DNA of 61,482 nt, filler included, from Sphacelaria rigidula (lineage: Eukaryota): assembly GCA_964200075.2 (NCBI GenBank). It is 4 parts of 4 records of this genome, joined end to end, with 100 filler letters (N's around TTAATTAATTAA, not from the genome) between each part and the next. Parts side by side here need not be neighbours in the genome. Positions count along the whole stretch, not along the records: positions 15,401 to 30,697 come from CAXNAA020001813.1; positions 30,798 to 46,091 come from CAXNAA020001814.1; 2 more parts are not named here. One strand, 5' to 3'. Both the position numbers and the translations under genes were made by a program. A model generated the notes under the pieces. That model worked only from the letters and a program-made list of their open reading frames with translations, searched no databases and was not told where the DNA came from. Every line of letters begins with the position of its first letter. Position 1 is the stretch's first letter. This document shows, piece after piece, positions 24,640-35,965 of this stretch.

Positions 24640-25457
24640 GATACCCGGCACCCCCGTGAGATCTAGATATCTGTTGTGGAGCAGGATCGTGATGGGGCTG
24701 GGAAATCCACTCCCGGGTCAGAGAAATCTCCGTAGTTCCTGATCTAAGAAACCCGCCTGAGGTACATGCGTCGCCGCTGCTGATGCTGCATCGCTAGCTC
24801 TGTCGCAAACATGGTAGCCTCTGCTGTACGATCGCGGTGCCTCCTGCGGCTCCTGCGGAGATTTTGGATTCCAAGCAATGGAATACTATTGGTGATCTTG
24901 GTATTGGGCTTCATTTCTCGAGAAATAGGAGGATTTTGCCAACCGACGTCGATGATCGTCAGCAAACACATGATGTCCGTAGCACCAGGTACGGTCGCAT
25001 GATACAGTGGCACGGGAGTGGAGTACGGTACAGTGAAGGGCGTAGACTAGAGTTGTCAGGTAGCCATTTCAGTACGTTTGACGAGAAGGTTTACTTTGGT
25101 TGGTGTAGAGCTGGAGCTGTGGAACTGTAGGAGGTTCGATTATTGTGTACACGGTACGACACGCAGTTCCACAGCTCCAGGGTAACATGTGTCATGAACT
25201 TCCGCTATTGAACACTGGCAGATGACAATTGGCGGAGCTGCGGCATACACTATACGGGTTGGTCGTCGCGTGAAGCGATCATAATATCCGTTTCAGATAT
25301 CGTTCCCCTACGTCCATTGGCAGTCAGTGCCCACGGGACTCGTCGATGGTGGTGGTCGGCAGACTGAACGGAAAAGCAATTACTACACAAGCTCAGCACA
25401 AGCTCGTTCAACAAGAAAATAACAAAAATAACGGTCCTCTCACGGCAAAAATATAGA

Positions 25458-25727
25458 CAAGGGGGCACGCACCCTCCCGCGAACTTCGGCCGAAAAGGGG
25501 TACACCAAATTTTCGTCTGGGCAAAGAACTACGCCCGTGGGCTCTGAAGGCCGCACTTTAGTGCTTTTCCGTCGTACTTAGCCCCTCAACTTTGTAGAGT
25601 CATCTGAGAACGTTTGGTCAGTCTAAAGTCGCACTCCTAAACAGGCGCTTGCGTTCAAAACTGGCTGGCGGTTGAAGCGGCTATGCACCACCTTTCGGGT
25701 GGGCGCGCGTGTGGGGCACACCCCTTG
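25458..25727. repeat. Degenerate CAAGG...CCTTG inverted-repeat element
   Basis: Ends caagggggcacgc / cacaccccttg, with an internal IR ccgaaaaggggtaca / tgcaccacctttcgg. No TSD visible. Confidence 0.35.
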
Positions 25728-26516
25728 TTTTTCATTGATACTGACAAATATTCATTTTACTCCTCGTCCACGAGTTTTTCTTCTATTATAGTTAGTACAC
25801 CGTGTTGTCCGCTTGCAGACTAGTTGGGCACCCGTCACACAGCAGTGGTCGTAAGCCCTCATTTTCGAACCAAAGTTTTGGGGGACAAATCCTTGATCGA
25901 AATATCAATTAAGAGGTTGACCATTTGGAACCCTCTCCTCCCGTCCCCGGGACAGACGCCTCATTATTTCAAGCTCTGATGAAGAAGAAAAGATGGAAAC
26001 AGGAAAGACCGACAGCAACCATTTTTATGGTGAAAGTCCAAGGAAGACTCCAGAGGCATCTGTCATGGACGCACCGAAAATGAAGCCCCGGAGCGGTCGG
26101 GTTGGGTTTGTCCAATAAACGCGCAACGGGCGAAGTGTGTCCGATTGTATGCATCAAGAATACTCTCGCAAAATAGGACAAACTCCCATAATATGTGGTC
26201 TTCGTCACTGAGAAAAACGTCAACTTGAGTTCGGTGCACGAATATGCCACATCAGTATACTTGATCTTAGACTGGTGCACTAGTATACTTGAAATTAGAC
26301 TCGTGCACCGTTTTTGTAGGCTGCATCATCAAGAGTTGGCGAGCGTAGGAAGCCGCACTATACGGCGACAATGATATGGCCGAGCAAGTGGGAATCCTGT
26401 CGCCACATGTGGAAGCGCTGAAGGGGTGGCTTAGAAGCACGGGCAGGACGCTGCTAGACGTTTCACACAAGCTACAAGAGCGGTTGGGGCAGCCCATTGC
26501 CCCTCGGCGCACACCG

Positions 26517-26549
<33 letters not shown>

Positions 26550-27984
26550 ACCCCCCCCCACCCCCCACCCCCACCAACACACCCAGACCCACCNNNNNNN
26601 NNNGCGGGGCCCGGCTAAACGTTTCACACAAACTACAAGACCGGGTGGGGCCCCCCCTTGCCCCCCGGCCCCCACCCCCCCCCCCCCCCCCCCCACTCGC
26701 CTACCGAACGTCAACACAGTAACCGCGGCAAGAGAAAACGCTGCGAGGCACGCAGCATCATGTAGGAGACACCAGGCGGACGTGATGGCAAGCATCCAGA
26801 CAGGCGATATACGAGAAAACGGTCGACAACCGACCGGGGCAGCCTTCCGCAACCAGGCTCACTCAACTACAACTACAGTCAGTAAACACACTTCACTACA
26901 GTCCAGTATAACTGAATAACGATGCTGCGTCTTCCATGCAAGAAAACAGAAGCTGTGTAATATCATTGCACGAAACCCCAACGCTGCCCACGAAGATAGA
27001 CGGTCCGAACGCAATAGCGCCAGCCGGAGTCATAAACGTCACGCAGCACAAAGTACGCCTGTGCAACGTTCAGGCATCATCAACCCGCGGTATAGAGGTG
27101 GCGTCGTGGAAACGTACAGCACAAAGCGCAGGATGGGATATGCCGTAAGATCACAACCTACGAAGTGACAGCCTGTATCGGATATGCCAAAGTGACGGCC
27201 CCCGCCTACGGTGCACCAGGAGTATGTAGTGCGGCGGGGTACATGGCATCCGCGTCGCTGTTAGAGAATGGTCGAACCTCGGTATGGTGTTGTATAAATG
27301 CGCACGACAGAGTACAGTAACGTGCATGACGTGAGTTTAGACGTGAAAGAAGTCGAAAATATCATGATGGCACGCAGTACAGAGGACTAAGTAAACACAT
27401 CCCCACAGGGCCTGACTGTGACTGTCTCCGGATACAGACAGTAGACGGGGGCATAACCCAGGTACATGTGCCGTCGGCGTCGCTTTTGTCATCGCAACTT
27501 AGGCACAGGCTTGCTATGATGCGGCACGAAGCATCAACTGCAAGGGGAGGGGCGTGCAAGTGCGGCGTGAAGATTGCTTCACAAAGGCCTGCCGTGCACT
27601 CTGGCCGTGGTTAGAAAACACCGATGGGTCGAACACTTCGTCATACCCGTAAAATAGGGAACCTTCTTTTCTTCCACGTTCCACTCGCACGGGTCTGAAA
27701 AGCATGCTTCGGGCGAATCGTTTGCTTAAAGGCTGTACAAAAACAACACTTTCTTGCCCGAAAACACGTCAATTGTAAAGTCAATTTTCCATCAACGATT
27801 CCAAAAGGGTCAAGTCATGGCCACGAAAGAAGGCAGATCTGAAGGGGCCATTTTGTGGTGGAGATTCGTTCGTGAATGATTTTGTACATGGTCATTTCTC
27901 AAGTAGTGAGGTATCGCTCAGCAGTGCAGCCGAACAACAGGCGGTAAATTATCCTGCAAGTATAGCCAGTGCAGCTCACTTCAT

Positions 27985-28340
27985 TTATTTATATATATAT
28001 ATATATATTTTTTTTTTCTTTTTCGCACTTTAAACCCTTCCTCTTCCTCGGGACGAGTCAGTGATCTCGCAGGATCAACCCATCTTTCCCATCTTTCCCA
28101 TCTCTCCCCGGTACACGTCTTGCATTTTGGGCTCGCGGATTGGCTCGCGGATTGGGTCGGCACTCCCGCACCGCGTCAACTGTCGTCGAACGAAGTCAGT
28201 CTACTGCTTCAGGTCTCACGAACTCACTCTTTCGACGGTGGAAATCCGATACTTCGAAGGAATAACCCAACGCATCGGGAATCGAACCCATGTTCTCTCC
28301 ACCCTGATTTGTTGCAAGAAATACACTGTACTACAGTACC
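27985..28340 (-). mobile_element. Putative tRNA-derived SINE remnant
   Basis: The minus strand has A-box-like TAGTACAGTG and B-box GGGTTCGATTCCCG about 35 nt apart (28340-28276). No full cloverleaf forms. The body ends in an A-rich/(TA)n tail at ~28025-27985. Confidence 0.4.
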
Positions 28341-28499
28341 GTGAGTCAGTACAGCAGTACAATAGACTACAGTTCTGCGAGTATACTGTAGTGCCAGTGC
28401 AACACGAGTGTAACATGTGTGCAGTGCCGCACATCACCCTGCAGGTGCTTTCTTACATACCCATCGACAGAGGTCATGGCGCCGTTCGCGTTATCCATT

Positions 28500-28862
28500 G
28501 CCCGTCAATCCCCGCGCAAGTTATGAACTGTCCTGGCGACGAAGCTGCTACAATACCTGGCGAAGGTGGCATGAAATCGTTTGATGCATTTGACAGTAGT
28601 AGGGAGAAAACGATGGCTATACTACGAGATAGATGGTGGCCACATACGGCGAAACAGGACGGGGATAAGATATGCAAAAGGTTTTTGCGCAAGTTATGGA
28701 AGAAACGTAATGAGCGCCGGAATGTTGGAGGTGACTCTACGAGGAGTAGGGACAGTGCTCCGTCTCGAAAGGGATACGTGGTCAATGGTCAAACGACTAA
28801 GGCAAGCAACAAATGAGTACGACCCCCTACAGACCACCCACCACCCCCCCTCCCTCCACCCC
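28500..28862 (+). mobile_element. Probable 3' fragment of a non-LTR retrotransposon ORF with C-rich tail
   Basis: Peptide ...FDAFDSSREKTMAILRDRWWPHTAKQDGDKICKRFLRKLWKKRNER...KASNK* has the F/L-x-x-x-W-x-x-R pattern of LINE ORF2 C-termini, followed by a ccacc-rich tail. Recognised from memory only. Confidence 0.4.
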
Positions 28863-30697
28863 ATAACGAAAGAGCAAGGCGACCGTTTGCGTCATGTCAG
28901 ACTGTAGAAAACAGACGCATTTTTGAGTCAAGCTGGTCGGCCGACCGCTAGTGGGGAGTATGGTGGTGGTTCGACAAGGTCAGACGATGGGGGTAGTTGT
29001 GGGATCTCGCAAGGGTCGAGGGACAACGACTGTGCCGTCTTACCGTGTTAACCGGTTGCGGCAACCCGTGCACCGGAGGCCGGCAAGACGGCAATCGCCA
29101 ACATCGCGCTCCTGCAGGAACACCGGCTCTGCGAGGTCCCGCCCACCTCGGCGACCATGCGATATTGTAAGTATGGTGTACGCTTTGAAAAAGATCTAGA
29201 TGCGATGGATGCCGAAGCCTCTGCAGAGTGGAAAAAGCTTGAAACGCAGCTGCAGAAGCTCGCGTGCATGGCTACGGAGTGTTGTCGAATGAGTTTGATG
29301 TATATATTGGCCAGAAAATATGCCGACAGAGGAGGCGGCCGGTATATATGCCTTTTGATACCTATCTGGCCACCGATGCGGTGCCGCCCATCCCCCTTCA
29401 CAGTATGTAGTATATCTTGGCTAAGCAGTACGACCGCAGAAAACGCGGGTCGATATGCGCCTCCTGGTACCCCTCTGGTCACCGGTGTTGTGTTGCTTAT
29501 ACCCTGGACAAAACAATATGTTCCATTATGATACCAATACTTAATATCGGAGACAGCGCAAATATTATCCTCTCAATATGTATATTGTGTTGGGATATTC
29601 TCGGAGACCTTGAAGCAACAATACATATTTCTCGTGTCATGATCGTGAAGTAATGCACGACAATATGAATCGGACATGCTTTTGCTCCGGAAACAAAACA
29701 TCCAACAATTTTCGTGCATGCCGGCCATGTATGTGTAGGAGTGTCAGCATATGTTGAGTCGAAGCGATGTGTAACATATTATTGCCATTATATATATTGA
29801 ACCCAAACCATGCACACGTGTTGTTTTTCCAATATTTATTGCGCACTCTAGTCGCATAGCTATTATGTAGCCAATATATATTGGACACGCTCGCAGAGGA
29901 ATATATTGAGCGTTTTCGGCATCTAACAATGTTTTCGTGAGATTAAAAGTAGAACGTTGATTGAGATTGAGTTCTACCATTCGCTTTAACTTGGTCATTT
30001 TTTCATTCTGTGTGTGCTTTCCTTTGCCTGTACCACTGGCGCGTGTGCATACAGCTATATGTCGATATCCTACTCAGGGATATCGAGGGCTTCAGTGTCA
30101 AGCTACTACAGAAAGCGTATCGGGCCTCGTGGAGAGGCACTTCGGAATTAAAAGTATTAATTCATTGATTGACCGCTTCTCACTCTCAATCGTATCCTCT
30201 ATCTACTCTCAATCGCACGAAAACATCGGTATCTGGTGATGAATCTTTCAATGGCGCCCGCGAGCATATAACTACCCATCCTACTTTTTCCTATACTATT
30301 TCAATATGCATTTTGAATTATCACTGCATATTGCTACACCAAGATGTATTGTGACTGTCGGTTCCCTCGTGTATTGTCTGCCCAAAACATATTGGACGCA
30401 TTGACGCACGAGATATTGGGGCGACAATATATACATTGGCGCTTCGGGCGTTGAGTACATTGAATCGTCGATATATATATATATATATATTGACCTCGTG
30501 TGGTAGCCAATATATTACTCGGCCAATATATGTTGGGGTGGCGCGTGTCGTGATATATTGCTCGGTCGAAATATATTGCATGCCGTGAGCCTTGACATAT
30601 TGATGACACAATATATATATATATATATATATTGACCTGTCTCTCGTGTCATGAGTCATCCTACGATAGGGGGGGGGGGTATTTTGGGCCATTTGTT

Positions 30698-30797
30698 NNN
30701 NNNNNNNNNNNNNNNNNNNNNNNNNNNNNNNNNNNNNNNNNTTAATTAATTAANNNNNNNNNNNNNNNNNNNNNNNNNNNNNNNNNNNNNNNNNNNN
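30698..30797. other. Artificial scaffold spacer (N44-TTAATTAATTAA-N44)
   Basis: Same 100-bp linker as at 15301. Confidence 0.97.
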
Positions 30798-33700
30798 TAA
30801 TACAGTTTTGAGAGCAGAGTTGGGAATGTACTCACTAAAAACAAACAGAGACACGAGGAAATTGCTTTGTTGGTTTCCGGGTGTAGACCCGCCGTTGAAA
30901 TTGAATGTCCGAGGAAGTCCAGTTCAGTCGCGCCAAGGCGAGCTTTGGGTGGAGACAGTTTCAAATCGTGCGACTATAGTCGAAAAAGAAACTCTCGTAA
31001 GGTGCGCACATGTGTAATAATGGGGGCATCTAAGGCGATTGCGTCGTCCAAGTACATGATGACGTGTTTGAAATTCTCTGTAACGCGTTGAATTAAGCGT
31101 TAGAAACAGCCTGGTGCAGTGGCGGCGCCCTGTTTCATACGGCGCCATTCGTAGAGCCCGGAAGATGTACAGAATGCTGTCGGAGGGACTGTGTCAGGGT
31201 GAATGGCATTCTGGAAAAATCCAGAAGCGAGATCGAAGGTACTGAATATTTTGCCTTTGCCTAGAGGGTCGAAGACTTCATTTGTGCGAGGGATTGGAAG
31301 TTTCCCTACCACAGTAACGCAATTTTGCCGTTGATAATTCACGGTGATGCGTATGTTTCCATCCTTTTGGGGGACTACCACAAGGGGTAAGACTCATGGA
31401 GAAGAGGAGTGCTGAATTAATCCAATACCTAAGTACGCACCTAAAATGGCGTTAACTTTATTGGTACGGATGGGGTTCGTCCGATACGGTCGACAAGAGA
31501 TTGGCGAAACGCCAGGTTGGAGTGTGATTTCAAAGGGCGACGCCTTTCGAAGCCCTAGATCCTTTTTGGATCGAGAAATCGGTCTCGGTACTTCAATAAA
31601 ACATCGCTCAATTCTTTGATTATAGCGGGTTCCCAACCGGGTCCATGTCGGTCAAAGTTGATGTCACGTAAATGGAATGGAAGTTGATTCCACATGTGCA
31701 AGAAATGTTTCCGGGATTTTGGTGATAGGCGCTGGAGCACAAAGCAGGAGGGTCGGAAGTTGACTGTGCAGGGTCCACGGTGTGGATACGTGATGGAGAC
31801 GAAAAGGTTACGTCGAATTAAAGCCCATCGACGCAATTGACAGAACCGTCTGTCGGAGGCCCCGAGTTGGGTGTCGAGGGTTCAGTGGCACATGTCTCAA
31901 GTGGAATGTGCATGCGGGGAGCAGCAGCGATACCCAAAACATCTCTGGATTCCAAGTTGGCATGACTCGTGAGGGGTAAACATTGTTTTCCTGCTGAGAC
32001 AATGTGTTCTATGCGGGCAGGTGCACCAACCCAAGGAAGCATTTCAACGTAATGTCCCGTAAGGGCAGGCATACCATTTCGGTGGACGAGGGCAACTTCT
32101 AGCAGTTGAGGATCATCGGAGAGGGTAACACCAACAGTACCATCGTATCGGTGGTGGTAAGTAGCTCCAGTAGCTTGTTCACTTTTTTTATAGGCCAAGG
32201 CGCCGTGAAGAGTACCGAAATGTTTAAGGGTGAGTTCTCCAAGAAGCACAGACTGTGGCGATAATGGTGGTAGCGTGCGGTAGGTGCGTTGATCAAACCG
32301 CATGTGACTGTCACGTCCCATGAACAAGGCGTGAGTCATGGTGCTGTCGGAGACTACATATGCCCAGACTGCAAGGCTGGCAGAACGAGTTGTGTTGTGA
32401 AAGAATTACACACTGAGACGAACTGATTTTCGTGTGGTCAAAGGTGCGATGGAGTCACCCAAACCGCCCCATACTCGAGGCTGGGTGGTGAGTTTGCAAG
32501 CTGCTAAGGCAGCGCTAATCTGTTTCATGTGCTCCTTATAGATTCACGAATAAATATTTGTGGGCTGCCGCTATCTAACGAAGAGACACATTTGGCAGGC
32601 GTGGTGGCGTATGCCCCACATGGATCGCTACGCGAGTAGTAAAAGTGGCAGGATCAACACACACTTTACCTCCGACAAGATCCGGACCATGTTCAGATGA
32701 GGTAAATTTGATGGAATCAGCCGTGCTGACGCGAAAACGAACAGCGGGTGATCCGCCGGGGGGCTAACTTTGTCACCAGAAATACGGTGGATGGTACGTA
32801 GTCCCCAGGGTGAGCACAGCTCGGCTGGTCATTGGCAATTTCATAGATGACCGTGTTGGGGAGACAGGGATCAACAACTTAAGGGGATCTGTGCTGTTCG
32901 CTGCCGTCCGTAGAAGAGGCAGGAAGATCCGAGAAACCTGATTTGAATTCTTCTGTGATGCCTAATAAATTCATCGAGCTCAAAGTCGTCGCATTTTGGG
33001 GAGAATAAGGTCGAGAGTTTCCGCTCGAGAGAAGTGTACGTGGTAATGCGCGCGCTATCGTGCGGGCATGTTCACAGGGCTTTCGCTCTCTCCGAGACAA
33101 AGGGCGGGGAACTTTCAAAGTGTTTGGGGGAACCTCACACGCGTCCAGTTGGGTGGACGGGGTCAGCATCGGGGCATGCTCGGGCGAAGCTTGTGGACTT
33201 TCCGTTCGCAAGCTTGGCGGAGGAGTCATAGCCGGATGTAAATTAGGACGGCTTTTGTGAGAACCATTCAGAGGTAGCTTCGCGTGGTGCAATGAACGCA
33301 AAAGACGAACTCGTTCGAGCTGGGCGGATGTTACTTGTCCCGAAGTGGTCAAATTCAGACCAGCGACACCTAAACCAGTCGAGTGAAGTACACCACTGCC
33401 TGTGCGTGCGGTCGCTGAGGGAAGCCTTTTCCTCAGGGACGGGCGGTTGGTGATCCCACCACACCTTAAATTCACACTCAGTTCTCTAGAACCACGTCCA
33501 GAGCCGAGCGTAGAGCTTTGTTGTGAGTCAACGCAACCGTTACACTGTGTGCGAAGAGGTGCAGATGGGGATCGATAGGATTGGCCATCATGAGTACTCC
33601 TACATAGTGCCGGGGAAACTGAACGAGGAGGTTTTGTCACTCGTTCGGCGGGTGGTGTCGAAATAGTCTTCGTGTGTGCTTCGGCGGCGCCGAAAACGTA

Positions 33701-33900
33701 AAAACGTCGGCGTCGGCACGTCATGGATCAGCACGATCAGTCATGAGTAAACCAGGGTTTCTTGTGTTGGAGTTCGAGCGGGTGTGATTCGGCGCCGTGC
33801 ACTGGTATCTATCGGCGGAATTCTGGTGACAGTGAGAAGAAGCGTCTCTTCGCCGAGAATCAGAGTTGTCACAGTTGTCTGGGCGACGGTCGCGATTTGA
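30798..33900 (-). mobile_element. Decayed Ty3/gypsy LTR retrotransposon (gag region, protease, reverse transcriptase), truncated
   Basis: Frameshifted fragments: protease LDSGSPQIFI (~32550-32590); RT PFEITLQPGVSPISCRPYR, VVPQKDGNIRITVNYQ, FSTFDLASGFFQ, TAFCTSSGLYEWRRMKQG, IMYLDD (~31045-31060) and KLSPPKARLGATELDFLGHSISTAGL. The left limit is the scaffold end and the right limit is approximate. Confidence 0.9.
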
Positions 33901-33913
33901 GCGAGTGTTGTCG

Positions 33914-34120
33914 CTGTAATGCGTGAGAGGACCGCGTGCTTAGAGGACCGCGCCGTAGTTCAAAATACCTCAGGATCGACGTTTTCCAAAACCAATAGGG
34001 TCAGTCCCTGCAGGTACCACGCCCGTGACCCTAACCCCAACACTATCCCTAACCCTAACCATAGGGGTGTTCAAATTCCGATGCGGTCCTCTAAGCACGC
34101 GGTCCTCTCACGCATTACAG
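33914..34120. mobile_element. 207-bp MITE with perfect 38-bp TIRs and an internal telomere-like (CCCTAA)n tract
   Basis: TIR CTGTAATGCGTGAGAGGACCGCGTGCTTAGAGGACCGC at both ends. Internal CCCTAA CCCCAA CACTAT CCCTAA CCCTAA. A second, inverted copy is at 61102-61318. Confidence 0.9.
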
Positions 34121-35478
34121 GCTCCGCCAGACTGCCTCGTGGCAGTCATGATATGTGTGGTAGGCGTCTCGAGCGTTCGCAAGCTTTGCTCAAGGCAGTG
34201 TGGGGATCGGACCCACTAAACCTCTTTATCAACTTGGCGCATTGTACGCGCCGCCATGCTCCTAGCGCTCGGCCCCAGGCCATCACCTTTCTTGTGCAGG
34301 AACCTTGGTACCGATGACACATACACATAAAATGACAAATAATGTGTGGTCAGCATGTGTTCTGCTTCGGTAACGATGCTGTTCAGGATGGGGAGACTTT
34401 TTTAGTTGGTTGGAAACTGGGGAGATGCAAGAGGAAGTGTTGTGAGAGGCAAATTTCTCAACTAGATTGTTGTGCGGATAACAGTATCTAGGGGAGTGAG
34501 AGCGGGCACTTCATCCTCAGTTGCCCTTGACTCGTGATTTTGAGACCGAGGGGTCCCCCAGTCGTTCGAAATTTCGTTGCTGACAGGATTTTCGCCACGA
34601 CGAGTACGTGTATCACGTCTGAATTGTCATGCGCCCTCTATGTCGTACTTTATAAACTAGGGGGTGATATTAACACCTCTCCCTTCAGAATACGGAGCAC
34701 AACCTGCAGCTAGATGATGAAAGGGCGTGATCCCGCTCACACGTTTTGTGTTTCTTGCCCTTGGATTCTCTAGATTCCATGAAGTATCTTTCGATCGCGG
34801 GTCCCAAACGATACTCGTAGGGCGAGTATGAAGAAAACGAACATAGAACAGCGTTGACAGAGGGTACGATATTCTAGCAGCTAGAACGCCATACCCTCTG
34901 AGCGTTGATGAACCTGTTGGGTGCTGCGGTGCATGAACCCTCGCATATCCTAGTTTCAGCTTCAAAGAGAAGCTTAGGGCGAAGCAGGAGGTGAGTGAGA
35001 TTTGGATGACAGGTCTGCTGCATGGTAGCCAGTGTACCATACCATACCATACTGTACTGTCGACTGTGGACTGTCTGACTGTTGTACGTTAACACGCTAG
35101 CGCCGGTATCGAAAGTGAGGGACTGTTGTAATTCGAGCTGATGATGATGAGTGTTGTGTGTCATGTGTCATGCCTGATTCAAAAAGATCAGGCGGTAAAG
35201 TTCATGGTTACCTTTTGTAGCAGAGCAATAGGCGACCAATCACAGTCGGTAGCGCAAGGGGCACTTGAGTTAGTCCCGCCGCATTTTCTCCATCAGCGTA
35301 CCGACACGTGCCATCACGGTGATGAACGGCCCTAGGTATCCATGTTTTAGTTCATAGTCAGGCATGCGCAGCTGAGATAATTTGCAATTGAAGCAATCTT
35401 CTTCGCGGGTATCAGGTGCACCAGAATGTTAACATAGGTACAACAACCACGCCTACACTTGTACAGTAAGGGGTGCTA

Positions 35479-35965
35479 AGGCCGGGTGTCATGGCACACA
35501 GATTTTTGGCCCACGGATTGTTCACTTTTATTGCGTTTGAGCCACTTTTTGACCCCCGAACAGGGAAATCGCCAACACACGTCTTGGACACTTTGCATCA
35601 CCCCACACAGAGGAGCCTAGCCCACTTTTCAGATNNNNNNNNNNCCAAGGTTTCGAGAGCGGCCGTTGAACAAAAATCCGTGTGCAACAAAATCTACGGC
35701 GATCTCCACAGAATATCGGGCAAACTGGCGGGGGTCGGCAAGCACGGATTTTCGCACACGAAGTTTTGTTTGTTCAGCGGCCAATATCGAAACCTCGGAG
35801 CCAAGCGAATCTGAAGAGTGGGCTAAGCTCCTCTCTATGGGGTGATGCAAAGTGTCTAAGACGTGTGTCGGCGATTTTCCCTGTTTGGGGGTCAAAAAGG
35901 GGGTCGAATGTCCAAAGGGTGAACAATCCATGCGCCAAAAATCTGTTTGCCATAATATCCGGCCT
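35479..35965. mobile_element. Foldback element with ~155-bp imperfect inverted arms
   Basis: 35479-35634 is the reverse complement of ~35810-35965 (e.g. acactttgcatcacccca / tggggtgatgcaaagtgt). A 10-N gap lies inside. A related copy is at ~44948-45140. Confidence 0.75.

Noticed and set aside
28270..28340. Functional tRNA gene
   Set aside because: A B box is present, but no acceptor or anticodon stems can be formed. Kept only as a possible SINE head.
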